A stretch of 64,000 bases of DNA from an uncultured Solirubrobacterales bacterium (GCA_963818205.1 CAWFRG010000001.1:9597-73596), one strand, 5' to 3'. Numbered from the stretch's first letter, positions 16,920 to 28,499 are shown. Numbers and translations are program-made. The notes: a model not told the origin generated them from the letters alone.

Positions 16920-18458
16920 CTAGGCGATCAGCGAGCGGCCGGTCATCGCCGTCGGCTGGGGAATGTCGAGCAGGTCGAGGACCGTGGGTGCGACGTCGGC
17001 GAGGATCCCGCTGTCGCGGAGCTCGAGACCGGTGGCGGTGACGATCAGCGGCACAGGGTTGGTCGAGTGGGCGGTGTTCGGCGAGCCGTCCGGCTCCAGC
17101 ATCTGCTCGCAGTTGCCGTGGTCGGCGGTGACGATGCAGGCGCCTCCCGACTCGTGCACCGCGCCCACCACCTCTCCCAGCCGCCGGTCGGTCTCCTCGA
17201 CCGCGGCGACCGCGGCCGGGATCACGCCGGTGTGCCCGACCATGTCCGGGTTGGCGAAGTTGATCAGCCCGAAGCGGTAGCCGTCGGCTCGCCAGTGCTC
17301 GGTGAACAGGCGGGCGGCGGCGGCGGCGCTCATCTCGGGCTTCTGGTCGTAGGTGGCGACGTCGCGCGGCGAGTCCGCGAGGTAGCGCTCCTCCCCGCTC
17401 CACTCCTGTTCGCGCCCGCCGTCGAAGAAGTAGGTGACGTGCGCGTATTTCTCGGTCTCGGCGACGTGGAGCTGGCGCTGGCCGTAGTCCGCGAGCAGCT
17501 CGGCGAGCGTCGTCTCGGGCACCCGCGGCGGGAAGGCGACCGGGTACGGCCAGCCGTCGTGGTACTCGGTCATCGTCGTCACCTCGAACGCCGGCGCTCC
17601 CCCGCGATCAAACTGGTCGAACTCCGGATCGCCGAGGGCCATGGTCAGCTGGCGGGCGCGGTCGGCGCGGAAGTTGATGAAGACCATCGGCTCGTCCCCG
17701 GCGGCGCCGTCGTAGTCGCCGATCACGGTCGGCTCGACGAACTCATCGGTGATCCCCTGCTCGTAGCTCTCGCGGACGGCGGCCACCGCGGACTCCGCCC
17801 GCGGCCCCTGGGCGTGGACGATCGCGTCGTAGGCCTTCTTGGTCCGGTCCCAGCGGCGGTCGCGGTCCATCCCCCAGTAGCGGCCGCCGACCGTGCCGAT
17901 CCGACCCGCCTGTCGGAGCCAGCGCTCGACCTCCTCGAGGTAGCCGGCCCCCGCGTGGGGAAGCGTGTCGCGCCCGTCGGTGAGCGCATGGAGGACGAGG
18001 TCGGTGACGCCCTCGTCGGCGGCGAGCTCGATCACCGCCTCGATGTGGCCCCAGCCCGAATGGACGCCGCCGTCGGAGACCAGCCCGATCGCGTGCAGCC
18101 GTCCGCGCCGCGACTCCCGCGCCTGAGCGCAGGCGCCCCGGAGCGCCGGGTTCTCGAAGAAGGAGCCATCGGCGATCGCGTCGTCGATCCGGGCGAGTTC
18201 CTGCTTGACGACCGCCCCGGCGCCCAAGTTGAGGTGGCCGACCTCGGAGTTCCCCATCTGGCCTGGCGGAAGGCCGACGTCGCGCCCGGAGGTCGACAGG
18301 GTGGTGCGGGGATAGTTGCCCCAGAGCTCGTCGAAGACGGGCGTGCTCGCCTGCGACACAGCGTTGCCGGGACCATCGGGCGCAAGGCCCCACCCGTCCA
18401 GCACCACCAGGGTGACCGACGGCACCGGCTCCCCGCTCGGCCCGGGCGGGAGGCTCAC
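16920..18458 (-). CDS. gpmI: 2,3-bisphosphoglycerate-independent phosphoglycerate mutase
   Basis: 512 aa: LVVLDGWG..., MGNSEVGHLNLGAG, SDGGVHS, ADHGNCE motifs. Confidence 0.95.
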   Translation of the reverse strand: MSLPPGPSGEPVPSVTLVVLDGWGLAPDGPGNAVSQASTPVFDELWGNYPRTTLSTSGRDVGLPPGQMGNSEVGHLNLGAGAVVKQELARIDDAIADGSFFENPALRGACAQARESRRGRLHAIGLVSDGGVHSGWGHIEAVIELAADEGVTDLVLHALTDGRDTLPHAGAGYLEEVERWLRQAGRIGTVGGRYWGMDRDRRWDRTKKAYDAIVHAQGPRAESAVAAVRESYEQGITDEFVEPTVIGDYDGAAGDEPMVFINFRADRARQLTMALGDPEFDQFDRGGAPAFEVTTMTEYHDGWPYPVAFPPRVPETTLAELLADYGQRQLHVAETEKYAHVTYFFDGGREQEWSGEERYLADSPRDVATYDQKPEMSAAAAARLFTEHWRADGYRFGLINFANPDMVGHTGVIPAAVAAVEETDRRLGEVVGAVHESGGACIVTADHGNCEQMLEPDGSPNTAHSTNPVPLIVTATGLELRDSGILADVAPTVLDLLDIPQPTAMTGRSLIA

Positions 18459-19210
18459 GAGGTGGCTGCGACGATCGCGGCGAAGTCGCCGGGGTCGAGG
18501 CTTGCGCCGCCGACCAGCGCCCCATCGACGTCGGGCTGGGCGAGGAGCTCGGCGGCGTTATCGGGGTTCACCGAGCCTCCGTAGAGGATCCGGACCTGGG
18601 CCGCTGCGTCGGCGGAGCGGGCGTCGATTCGCTCGCGGATCAAGGCGATCGCCTCCTCGGCCTGTTCGGGCGTGGCGGTGCGGCCGGTGCCGATCGCCCA
18701 GATCGGCTCGTAGGCGATCACCACGTCCGCAAGGCGATCCTCGGCGACATGCGCGAGGTCGGCGTCGATCTGCTGGGTCAGCAAGACGCCGGTCTCGCCA
18801 GCGTCGCGCTCCGCCTCGTTCTCGCCGACGCAGAGAATCGGCTCGAGGCCGGCGGCGAGCGCCGCGGGCAGCTTCCGGGCGAGCGCCTCGTCGGTCTCGC
18901 CGAAGTACTGGCGGCGCTCCGAATGCCCGAGGATCACGCCGTCGACGCCGAGCTCGAGCAGCATCGGGGCCGAGACCTCCCCGGTAAAGGCGCCGCTGTC
19001 GGCCTCGTGCATGTTCTGTGCCGCGACCTTCACCCGGCTCTGGGCGCAGTGCTCGACCGCCGCCTTCAGCGACGGGTAGGACGGGCAGACGACCACCTCG
19101 ACCCCGGCTTCGGGCACGCCCGGCATGAACTCGGCGAGGAAGCGCTCGGTCTCCTCGATCGTCTTGTTCATCTTCCAGTTGGCGGCGATCACCGGTATGC
19201 GCTCAGCCAT
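18455..19210 (-). CDS. tpiA: triose-phosphate isomerase
   Basis: MAERIPVIAANWKMNKT..., GHSERR, AYEPIWAIGTG, YGGSV motifs. The internal ATG at 19210 was chosen because the longer ORF start overlaps pgk. Confidence 0.95.
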   Translation of the reverse strand: MAERIPVIAANWKMNKTIEETERFLAEFMPGVPEAGVEVVVCPSYPSLKAAVEHCAQSRVKVAAQNMHEADSGAFTGEVSAPMLLELGVDGVILGHSERRQYFGETDEALARKLPAALAAGLEPILCVGENEAERDAGETGVLLTQQIDADLAHVAEDRLADVVIAYEPIWAIGTGRTATPEQAEEAIALIRERIDARSADAAAQVRILYGGSVNPDNAAELLAQPDVDGALVGGASLDPGDFAAIVAATS

Positions 19211-20406
19211 TCGCGAGCTCCTTCGCGTCCAGCAGCGCCGCAACCCCGGGCAGTTCCTTGCCTTCCATCAGCTCCAGAGAGGCGCCGCCGCCGGTCGAGA
19301 GCCAGTCCACCTCGCGGTCGAGGCCGAACTTGACCAGTGCCGCCACCGAGTCGCCCCCGCCGACCACGGTCCGGCCTGGCGCCGCGGCGACGGCCTCGGC
19401 GACCAGGCGGGTGCCGGTGGCGAAGGGCTCGAGCTCGAACGCCCCCATTGGGCCGTTCCAGAAGACCGTCCCGGCGCGCCCGATCCGCTTGCTGAAGTTG
19501 GCGGCGGTGTTGCTGCCGATGTCCAGTCCCATCCAACCCTCCGGGACGTCGACGCCGTTCAGCTCCCGGCGCTCGGTCTCGGCGCTGAACTCCCGACCGA
19601 GGACCAGGTCCTCGGGCAGCTCCAGGATCGACTCGCTGTCCTCGGCGTCGGCGAGAACCCGCTTCGCGGAGGCGACCCCCTCCTCCTCCACCAGCGAGTC
19701 CCCGGTGTCCCGACCCTCGGCCTTGAAGAAGCTGAAGCACATCGCTCCGCCGACCAGGATTTCCTCGGCGAAACCGAGGAATCGATCGATCACCCCGATC
19801 TTGTCGGTGACCTTGGCGCCGCCGAGGAGGATCACCAACGGTCGCTCGGGGTCCTCGCGCACCGAGTTCAATTCGGTCAGCTCCCGCTCGAGCAGCAGCC
19901 CGGCGTAAGCGGGGAGCTCGTGGGCAACGCCCTCGGTGCTCGCGTGGGCGCGGTGGGAGGAGCCGAAGGCATCGTTGACGTAGAGGTTCGGCGAGGCGGG
20001 CGAGCTGCTTCGCCAGCTCGGGATCGTTCTTGGTCTCGCCCGGCTCGTAGCGGCTGTTCTCGAGCAGCAGCACCTCCCCCGCGGCGAGCTCCCCGGCCAT
20101 CGTCTCCACCTCGGGCCCGACGACGGCGGGGGCCTGCTTCACCGGCGCTCCCAGCAGCTCCCCGAGCCGAGCCCCAACCGGGACAATCGAGAGCTCGGGG
20201 TCCCGGTTCCTCGGCCGGCCGAGGTGGGAGACGAGAACGATCGAGGCGCCCCGCTCGCGGAGCAGCTCGATCGTCGGCAGCGAGGCCCGGATCCGGGTGT
20301 CATCGGTCACCTTCTCCCCCTCCAGGGGGACGTTCAGGTCCGCGCGGAGCAGGACCCGGCGACCCGTTACGTCCGCGTCGCGGACGCTCGCCTTGCCGAA
20401 CCCCAC
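19203..20406 (-). pseudogene. pgk: phosphoglycerate kinase interrupted by a single-base frame change near 19987-19988
   Basis: The N-terminal 140 aa (RVLLRADLNVPL...VSHLGRP...NDPELAKQLARLA) are in one frame. The rest ([22 protein letters not shown]...PLVILLGGAKVTDKI...FWNGPMGAFE...STGGGASLE) is in the next frame. The junction reads GCCGAACCTCTACGTC where GCCGACCTCTACGTC is expected. Confidence 0.9.
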
Positions 20407-20422
20407 TCCTCCCCCCGCCGGC

Positions 20423-21822
<1,400 letters not shown>

Positions 21823-21861
21823 GAGACCAACCTTAGTGGGAAGGCCTTGGGGGGTAGGCCT

Positions 21862-22629
21862 TCAGCGTCGCGGCTCCCAGCGGAAGGCGAACAGGGCGAC
21901 CAGCAACCCGGCCACCCCCCACGCGGCGACGATCGCGAGGTCGCCCCACTCGAACCCGGCTCCAACCGTGTTCGGGTCCCAGGCCGTGAAGAAGGCCTCG
22001 AAGAAGTGGCGAATCGGGAAAAGGTCGGCAACCTTGAGAACGCCCTCCGGGATCTCGCTGTCGGGGATGAAGATTCCTGAGATGAAGTAGAGGGGCAGCA
22101 CGGTCGCGTTGGAGATCGCCGGCGCAGCGTCCTCGGAGGGGATCGCCGCGGTGAGCGCGAATCCGAGGCAGCAAAAGGCGAAGGCGCCAACCGCGAGTGT
22201 GACCAGGACGGCCGGAATCGTCTCCTCCGGCAGCGAGACGTCGTAGACGAGCTTCCCGATCACGGCCACCAGCACAACCATCAGGATCGAGACCACCAGC
22301 GAGTTCCCGACTCGCCCGGCGACGAAGACGGGCGTCGGAAGCGGAGTCCCTCGGACGCGCTTCAGCAGGCCCCGCTCGCGGTCCTGGGTCAGGTTGATCG
22401 CCAGGCTCTGGATGGTGGCCGAGATAACCGCCAGGGAGACGATCGCGGGCACGTAGTAGGTGGTCGTCTTTACGCCGCGCTCCTCGATCTCGTCGTTGCC
22501 GAAGATCGTGGCGAAGATGAAGAGGAAGATCAGAGGCAGCATCACCGTGAAGAAGACCGAGGCCGGGTTGCGCCAGAAGACCTTCTGGTCGTAGCGGAAC
22601 TGGTGCAGGGCGAGACGGGCTCCGGTCAC
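21862..22629 (-). CDS. ABC-2 type transporter permease
   Basis: 255 aa with six hydrophobic segments. 4-nt overlap with the upstream ATPase gene. Confidence 0.8.
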   Translation of the reverse strand: MTGARLALHQFRYDQKVFWRNPASVFFTVMLPLIFLFIFATIFGNDEIEERGVKTTTYYVPAIVSLAVISATIQSLAINLTQDRERGLLKRVRGTPLPTPVFVAGRVGNSLVVSILMVVLVAVIGKLVYDVSLPEETIPAVLVTLAVGAFAFCCLGFALTAAIPSEDAAPAISNATVLPLYFISGIFIPDSEIPEGVLKVADLFPIRHFFEAFFTAWDPNTVGAGFEWGDLAIVAAWGVAGLLVALFAFRWEPRR

Positions 22630-23555
22630 GACGCCAGCTCTTCAGCGCGATCGCGCTCCTCGTCTCCGGCGGTCAGCTCGAGGTAGATGTCCTCCAGGCT
22701 CGGGCGGCGAACCTCCAGGCCCGGCAGGCCGACGCCCCGCTGGGTGGCCCAGCCGGTCAGCTCCCGCAGAATCGGAACCGGGTCGTCAAGGTGGAGCGAG
22801 ACCTCCGGACCGACGATCCGGGCCCGCTCGCGGACGGAGGAGGGCAGATCCCCTTCCTGCGTTCCCCGCGGCAGCCGGAAGCTGACCTGAGTCGCCCGCT
22901 CGTCGCGATCGCCGAGCTGATCGGGTGGCCCCTCGGCGACGATCCGCCCGGCCGCCAGGATCGCCACCCGGTCAGCGAGCGCCTGCGCCTCCTCCATGTA
23001 GTGGGTGGTGAGGAAGATCGTCTTGCCGAGGTCGCGGAGGCTGCCGATCACCTCCCATGCCGAGCGGCGCGCCGCGGGATCGAATCCGGTGGTCGGCTCG
23101 TCGAGAAAGAGAAGCTCTGGGTCGCCGACCAGGGCGAGGGCGACGTCCAGCCGGCGCTGCTGGCCGCCGGAGAGCTTCGCGGTACGGACATCGGCCTTCT
23201 CGGCGAGGCCGACCAGGCCAACCGTCTCGCCCACGTCTCGGGCGGCCGAGTAGTAGCCGGCATACAGCTCGACGGCTTCGGTCACGGTCAGCTCGGGGGT
23301 AAGCCGACACTCCTGAAGGACGATCCCGATGCGTTCGCGCCAGCTCCTGTTCGGCGAGGCAGGGTCGACGCCGAGGACGCTCACCTCACCTGCGCTCCGC
23401 GCCCGATAGCCCTCGAGCACCTCGACCGTCGTCGTCTTCCCGGCGCCGTTCGGCCCGAGGAAGGCGAAGATCTCGCCCCCGCTGACCTCGAGGTCGATTC
23501 CCTTCACAGCCTCGAAGTCGCCGTAGGACTTGCGCAGGCCCCTGACGCTGATCAC
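22626..23555 (-). CDS. ABC transporter ATP-binding protein
   Basis: Walker [11 protein letters not shown], signature LSGGQQRRL, Walker B LLFLDEPT. GTG at 23555 (VISVRGLRK) is preferred; the ATG at 23633 (ATGA overlap with the rapZ stop) is an alternative start. Confidence 0.85.
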   Translation of the reverse strand: MISVRGLRKSYGDFEAVKGIDLEVSGGEIFAFLGPNGAGKTTTVEVLEGYRARSAGEVSVLGVDPASPNRSWRERIGIVLQECRLTPELTVTEAVELYAGYYSAARDVGETVGLVGLAEKADVRTAKLSGGQQRRLDVALALVGDPELLFLDEPTTGFDPAARRSAWEVIGSLRDLGKTIFLTTHYMEEAQALADRVAILAAGRIVAEGPPDQLGDRDERATQVSFRLPRGTQEGDLPSSVRERARIVGPEVSLHLDDPVPILRELTGWATQRGVGLPGLEVRRPSLEDIYLELTAGDEERDRAEELAS

Positions 23556-23632
23556 GGGGCTCGGCCACGCGGGCGATTCTAGGTTGAGGGCTTCGCGATC
23601 AGCACGCGGCTGCCTGAGGCAGCCGCTCGGCA

Positions 23633-24616
23633 TCAATCGAGCTCGACGTCGCGGTGGACGACCCGCAGCTTGACGTCGTCGCGGCCCTCGAGCTCGCCGG
23701 CGATCTTGTCGGCAACGGTGATCGAGCGATGGCGGCCGCCCGTGCACCCGACCGCGATCGTCAGGTGCTGCTTGCCCTCGGCGACGTAGGCGGGCAGGAG
23801 GAACTGCAGCAGCGGCATCAGGCGGCCGTAGAACTCTCCCGCCTGAGTGCCGGACTCGACGTACTCCTTGACCGCCTGGTCCCGCCCCGTCAGCGGTCGG
23901 AGCTCGTCCTCGTAGTGCGGGTTGGGCAGGAAGCGGACGTCGAGGGTGAGGTCCGCGTCCGAGGGCGGCCCGTTCTTGAAGCCGAAGGTGAGGATGGTGA
24001 GGGCGAGCTGGTTCTCCTCCGTTTCAAGGCCGATCAGCTCGGTGGCGATCCGCCGCCGCAGCCCTCCCCCGGTGAGGCCGGTCGTGTCGATGACCACGTC
24101 GGCGCGCTCCCGCAGCGGCGCCAGCAGCTGGTGCTCCTCACGGATCCCGTCGACGATCCGGCCGCTTCGAGCCAACGGGTGCCGCCGGCGGGTCTCCTTG
24201 TAGCGATGCAGAAGGGTCTCCTCGTCGGCCTCCAGGAAGAGCACCTTGAGGTCGAGCCCGGCGGCCTCCAGCTCCTCGATCACCGCCAGCAGGTCCTCGA
24301 AGTAGTCGCCCCCGCGCACGTCGGAAACCACAGCGGCGTGCTCGACCCCGCTGCCCTCGTGACGGAAGAGCTCGCCGAGCGCCTCGATCATCCGCGGGGG
24401 GAGGTTGTCGACGCAGAAGTAGCCGCCGTCCTCGAAGGCGGCGATCGCCTCCGACTTGCCTGCTCCGGAGTGACCGGTGATCACCACCAGCTCCACCCGC
24501 TTCTGGCCGGGGCGGCCGCCGTCCGTCGACGGCTTGCCGTTCGGCCCCTGGGCGTTGGCGGCGGCCCGGGGCTTGCCCGTCTCCCCCCTACTTGAAGCGC
24601 TGGTCCTTGGAGTCAT
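23633..24616 (-). CDS. rapZ: RNase adapter / nucleotide-binding protein RapZ (YvcJ family)
   Basis: P-loop ITGHSGAGKS, CVDNLP, C-terminal GCTGGRHRS motif. Sits downstream of uvrC, as in many Gram-positives. Confidence 0.85.
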   Translation of the reverse strand: MTPRTSASSRGETGKPRAAANAQGPNGKPSTDGGRPGQKRVELVVITGHSGAGKSEAIAAFEDGGYFCVDNLPPRMIEALGELFRHEGSGVEHAAVVSDVRGGDYFEDLLAVIEELEAAGLDLKVLFLEADEETLLHRYKETRRRHPLARSGRIVDGIREEHQLLAPLRERADVVIDTTGLTGGGLRRRIATELIGLETEENQLALTILTFGFKNGPPSDADLTLDVRFLPNPHYEDELRPLTGRDQAVKEYVESGTQAGEFYGRLMPLLQFLLPAYVAEGKQHLTIAVGCTGGRHRSITVADKIAGELEGRDDVKLRVVHRDVELD

Positions 24617-26544
24617 CCCGCTCGGTGCAGTTGCCTATGGATCTCGCGAGCGAGCTTACCGGGCACTCCGGGCACCGCTTCGAGCTCCTCGCGGCTCGCC
24701 GAGAGCAGCCGGTCGGGAGAGCCGAAATGCCGCAGCAGAGCGCGCTTTCGTGCCGGTCCGACCCCGCGCACCCCGTCGAGAACGGAGGCCGTCATCGCCT
24801 TGTCGCGACGGGTGCGGTGAAAGGTGATCGCGAACCGGTGGGCCTCGTCCCGGACCCGCTGCAGCAAGCGGAGGGCGTCCGACCCCTCCTCGAGCAGGAT
24901 CGGGTCCTTGCGACCGGGAACGAAGATCTCCTCGATCCGCTTGGCGAGGCCGACCACCGCCACCCCGCGCTCGATCAGCGGCTCCAGAGCCCGGAGGCCG
25001 GCGGAGAGCTGGCCCTTGCCGCCGTCGATCACGATCAGATCCGGGAGCGAGGCGAAGCTCGCGTCGCGGTCGGAGTCGTGCGGCGAGAGGTCGGCCTGCT
25101 GGACGTAGCGGCCGAGGCGCCGGGTGAGCACCTCGTTGATCGCAGCGAAGTCGTCAACCGGCCGGGCACCGTTTTCCTCGTCGTCGCCGCGGATCTTGAA
25201 CTTGCGGTAGTCGGACTTCTTCGGCGTGCCTCCCTCGAAGACGACCATCGAGGCCACCGTGTGGGTCTCGCCGAGGTTGGATACGTCGAAGCCCTCGATC
25301 CGCACCGGCACCCGCTCGAGCCCGAGGACGTCCTGGAGGGCGGCGAGCGATTCCACCCGCTGCTGGCGGCGGTGCTCGCGCCGGAGCTTGTCCTGGGCGA
25401 GGGCGAGGTTGGCGTTCTTGACCGCGAGCTCCCGCAGCCGCCGCAGGTCGCCTCGAGAGGCGACTCGAACCTCCACCTGCGAGTCGCGGTCGCTGCTCAG
25501 CGCCTCCGCTAGGACATCGGTCCGATCGCGCAGCTCCGGGCCGACGATCACCCTGGCCGGCACCGACGGCGCCGCGCCGTAGTACTGGAGGAGAAAGGTC
25601 TCGGCGACCTCGCCCGGATCGCGGTCCTCGTCCTCGTCTCCAGCCTCCCCCGCCAGGTAGAAGCCCTGGCGCTCGGCGAGGATCCCGTCGCGAACCTGGA
25701 ACACCTGGGCGTTGGCGTCGGTCCCCTCGACCGCCACCCCGATCAGGTCGGCGCTTCCAAGGGAACCGCCGGCGACCTGCTGGCGCTGCATCATGCTCTG
25801 GACCGCGTTCAGCCGGTCGCGAAACAGCGCCGCTCGCTCGAAATCCTCGGCCTCCGAGGCCTCCTGCATCTTCGCCTCGAGGTCGTTGGCGATGTCGCGG
25901 TAGCGGCCGGAGAGGAATCCGATGATCCGGTCGATGTTGCCGCGGTACTCCTCGCGGTCGATGTAGCCGACGCAGGGCGCCTGGCAGCGCTTGATGTAGT
26001 AGTCGAGGCAGGGAACGCCGGAGCGCCGGCCCGGCTCCGGCCCCTCGCAGGTGCGGTACTGGAAGAGCTTGCCGAGCAGATCGAGGGTCTCCCGGACCCG
26101 CTTGGCGCTGGAAAACGGGCCGAAGTAGGCGCGGTTCGGCCGGTGTCGCTCGCGGGTGAAGTAGACCCGCGGAAACTCCTCGTCGAGGCTGACCCCGACG
26201 TAGGGGTAGGACTTGTCGTCACGGAGGCGGATGTTGAAGCGCGGCCGGTAGCGCTTGATGAAGCTCTGCTCGGCGAGCAGCGCCTCGGCCTCGTTCTGGG
26301 TGACCAGGACCTCGATCGAGTCGGTCCGGTCTGTGAGCTCGGCGGTACCGCCCATCCCGGCGCCGCGCCCGCCGCCCTTGCCCGCAAAGTGGGAGGCGAC
26401 CCGTTTGCGGATCGAGTTGGCCTTGCCCACGTAGAGGGCGTTGCCACCCCTGTCACGGAACACGTAGACGCCGGGTGCGTCGGGAAGATCACGCCGCTGC
26501 TGCTCGAGCCTCTCGGCTCGCTCTGTTCTCTCGGTCTTGGCCAT
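24613..26544 (-). CDS. uvrC: excinuclease ABC subunit C
   Basis: GIY-YIG N-terminus (PGVYVFRDRGGNALYVGKA), UVR domain, endonuclease V-like and C-terminal HhH2 (GVGPARKRALLRHFGS). Confidence 0.95.
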   Translation of the reverse strand: MAKTERTERAERLEQQRRDLPDAPGVYVFRDRGGNALYVGKANSIRKRVASHFAGKGGGRGAGMGGTAELTDRTDSIEVLVTQNEAEALLAEQSFIKRYRPRFNIRLRDDKSYPYVGVSLDEEFPRVYFTRERHRPNRAYFGPFSSAKRVRETLDLLGKLFQYRTCEGPEPGRRSGVPCLDYYIKRCQAPCVGYIDREEYRGNIDRIIGFLSGRYRDIANDLEAKMQEASEAEDFERAALFRDRLNAVQSMMQRQQVAGGSLGSADLIGVAVEGTDANAQVFQVRDGILAERQGFYLAGEAGDEDEDRDPGEVAETFLLQYYGAAPSVPARVIVGPELRDRTDVLAEALSSDRDSQVEVRVASRGDLRRLRELAVKNANLALAQDKLRREHRRQQRVESLAALQDVLGLERVPVRIEGFDVSNLGETHTVASMVVFEGGTPKKSDYRKFKIRGDDEENGARPVDDFAAINEVLTRRLGRYVQQADLSPHDSDRDASFASLPDLIVIDGGKGQLSAGLRALEPLIERGVAVVGLAKRIEEIFVPGRKDPILLEEGSDALRLLQRVRDEAHRFAITFHRTRRDKAMTASVLDGVRGVGPARKRALLRHFGSPDRLLSASREELEAVPGVPGKLAREIHRQLHRAG

Positions 26545-26642
26545 GACGACAAGGGTAGGCTCCTGGCTGCCCGGCCAGACAATCACGGCGCCTCCTCAGC
26601 TTTTTTGCTTCCGGGGCGCCTCGATCCCGCCCAGGAGGACCG

Positions 26643-27492
26643 ATGCCCGAGAGCGCGACATCCGAAGTCAAGCCCCTGACCAGCGATCCACCCGAGCTCG
26701 AGACGCTCGAGATCGAGATCGACGGTCCGATCGGCACGATGACCCTGAACCGCCCGGACTCGCTCAACGCGATGAGCCCTCAGATGATCGGCGAGCTGCC
26801 GGTCGCCGCCTCCTGGCTCGCCGATCGGGCGCCGATTCGCGCCCTGATCGTCACCGGCGCCGGGCGAGCCTTCTGCTCGGGGGGCGACGTCAACTGGTTC
26901 AAGCAGGGCGTCGACGATGAGAGCGTCGACCTGCCCTCCGAGGTCCGCCGCGGCGCCGAGGTCCTCCACCAGGCGATCATCGACTTCCGCCGCCTTCCAT
27001 ACCCGACGATCGCCGCGATCAACGGTCCCGCCGCGGGCGCCGGGATGTCGCTGGCCCTCTCCTGCGACTTCCGGATCGCCTCCGAGGACGCCTTCCTGGC
27101 GATCGCCTACGGCCGGATCGGCGCCTCACCCGACGGCGGGATGACCTACTTCCTGCCGCGGGTCGTCGGGCCCTCCAAGGCGCTGGAGCTGGCGCTCAAC
27201 GACCCGAACCTGGACGCGAGGGGCGCGCTCGACAGAGGGCCTGGTGAGCGAGGTGGTGCCTGCCGAGGAGCTGATGCCGAGGGCGCGCGAGAAGGCGGCG
27301 AAGCTGGCGACAAAGGCCCCGTACTACGTGCGGATGGCGAAGCGGCTCCTGCACGAGAGCATCGAGAACTCGCTCCCGATCACCTCCAGCTCGAGCGCCA
27401 CGGGATCGCCGACAGCATGGCCACCGAGGACCTGCGCCGAGGGCGTCACCGCCTTCTTCGCCGGCGAGCAGCCGGAGTTCAAGGGCGACTAG
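26643..27492 (+). pseudogene. enoyl-CoA hydratase/isomerase (crotonase) family protein with three apparent single-base frame changes
   Basis: The crotonase core TLNRPDSLNAM...VTGAGRAFCSGGD...AAINGPAAGAGMSLAL is in frame A. The C-terminus alternates frames: LVSEVVPAEELMPRAREKAAKLA (B), DHLQLERHGIADSMATEDL (A), EGVTAFFAGEQPEFKGD (B). Switches lie near 27237-27240 (GGG run), 27374-27378 (CCC run) and 27433-27440. Confidence 0.8.
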
Positions 27493-27561
27493 AGATTTAG
27501 CCCCCGTCCGGGCCGCCGCAGGATAGAGTTGGCCCATCTGAGGCGAGAGAAAGGTGTGCCG

Positions 27562-27987
27562 ATGAGGAAGGCCCTGATTCTTACCGCCGTGGTCGCCCTG
27601 GCCGGTTTCACCCTGGCGGCCTGCGGCGGGGACGACGACGATGGCACCACCGCCGCTGCGACGACGACGACCGATACCGCCGCCGCGGGCGCCGGGGGTG
27701 GCAGCACGGTCGACGTCTCGGCGCCGGCCGACGGCGCCCTCAGCTTCGACCAGAAGGACCTGACGGCGAAGGCGGGCTCGGTGACGATCAACTTCGACAA
27801 CCCCGCGTCGATCTCTCACGACGTCAAGGTCGAGGACTCCTCGGGCTCCGAGCTCGGCGGGACCGACCTGGTCTCGCAAGGAAACGCCACGGCCACGGTC
27901 GACCTGCAGCCCGGTAGCTACACGTTCTTCTGCAGCGTGCCGGGGCATCGCGAGGCGGGGATGGAGGGGACGCTCACCGCCAACTAG
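27562..27987 (+). CDS. cupredoxin (plastocyanin/azurin-like type 1 copper) lipoprotein
   Basis: Lipobox LAACGG and a Thr/Ala linker. Copper ligands in SHDVKV and FFCSVPGHREAGMEG (Cys-x3-His-x4-Met pattern, plus the upstream His). RBS GAGAAAGG upstream of ATG 27562. Confidence 0.8.
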   Translation: MRKALILTAVVALAGFTLAACGGDDDDGTTAAATTTTDTAAAGAGGGSTVDVSAPADGALSFDQKDLTAKAGSVTINFDNPASISHDVKVEDSSGSELGGTDLVSQGNATATVDLQPGSYTFFCSVPGHREAGMEGTLTAN

Positions 27988-28031
27988 CTCCCTCCGGCGG
28001 ATGTCCCGCGATATCCGCGGTGTCAGTGGCG

Positions 28032-28499
28032 CTATTCGGGCAGCGCCCTGCCCACGCTGTCAGCAACGCAGGCGGGCTTATCCGAGCCTTCCACCTCGAC
28101 GGTGAAGCGGGTGATGATCTGCCACCAGCCGCCGCCGACGTCCTCAACCTCGGTCACCTCGGCGCTCGCCCTCACCTTCGAGCCGGCGGGGACCGGGGCG
28201 GGGAAGCGGACCCGGTTCCAGCCGTAGTTGACGCCCAGTTTGAAGCCCTGCGACGCAATCAGGTCGCGGCGGAGACCGTCGATCAGCGAGAGGGTGAGGT
28301 TGCCATGGGCGACGGTGGTGCCGAATGGGCTCTCCTTCTTCGCTCGCTCGACGTCGACGTGGATCCACTGGTCGTCGCCGGAGAGGCGCGCGAATGCGTC
28401 GATGTCCTCCTGAGTCACCTGGCGCCACTCGCTGGGCCCGACCGTCTTGCCCAGCAGCGACTTGAGGCCCTCAATCCCATCCACCTCAACCACGGCCAC
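28032..28499 (-). CDS. MaoC-like (R-specific enoyl-CoA) dehydratase
   Basis: 155-aa hot-dog fold: DIDAFARLSGDDQWIHVDVERAKKESPFGTTVAHGNLTLSL. Confidence 0.85.
   Translation of the reverse strand: MAVVEVDGIEGLKSLLGKTVGPSEWRQVTQEDIDAFARLSGDDQWIHVDVERAKKESPFGTTVAHGNLTLSLIDGLRRDLIASQGFKLGVNYGWNRVRFPAPVPAGSKVRASAEVTEVEDVGGGWWQIITRFTVEVEGSDKPACVADSVGRALPE

Noticed and set aside
21840-21863. GAAGGCC-N10-GGCCTTC hairpin at the end of the ABC-2 permease gene, considered as an intrinsic terminator.
   Set aside because: The stem is only 7 bp, it overlaps the stop codon and it has no U-tract. Too weak to call.
22626-23747. Long 373-aa version of the ABC ATPase ORF, with a 60-aa Arg-rich N-terminus.
   Set aside because: The extension overlaps the 3' end of rapZ and is Arg/Pro junk. 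An internal GTG (23555) or the ATG at 23633 gives a normal ATPase N-terminus.
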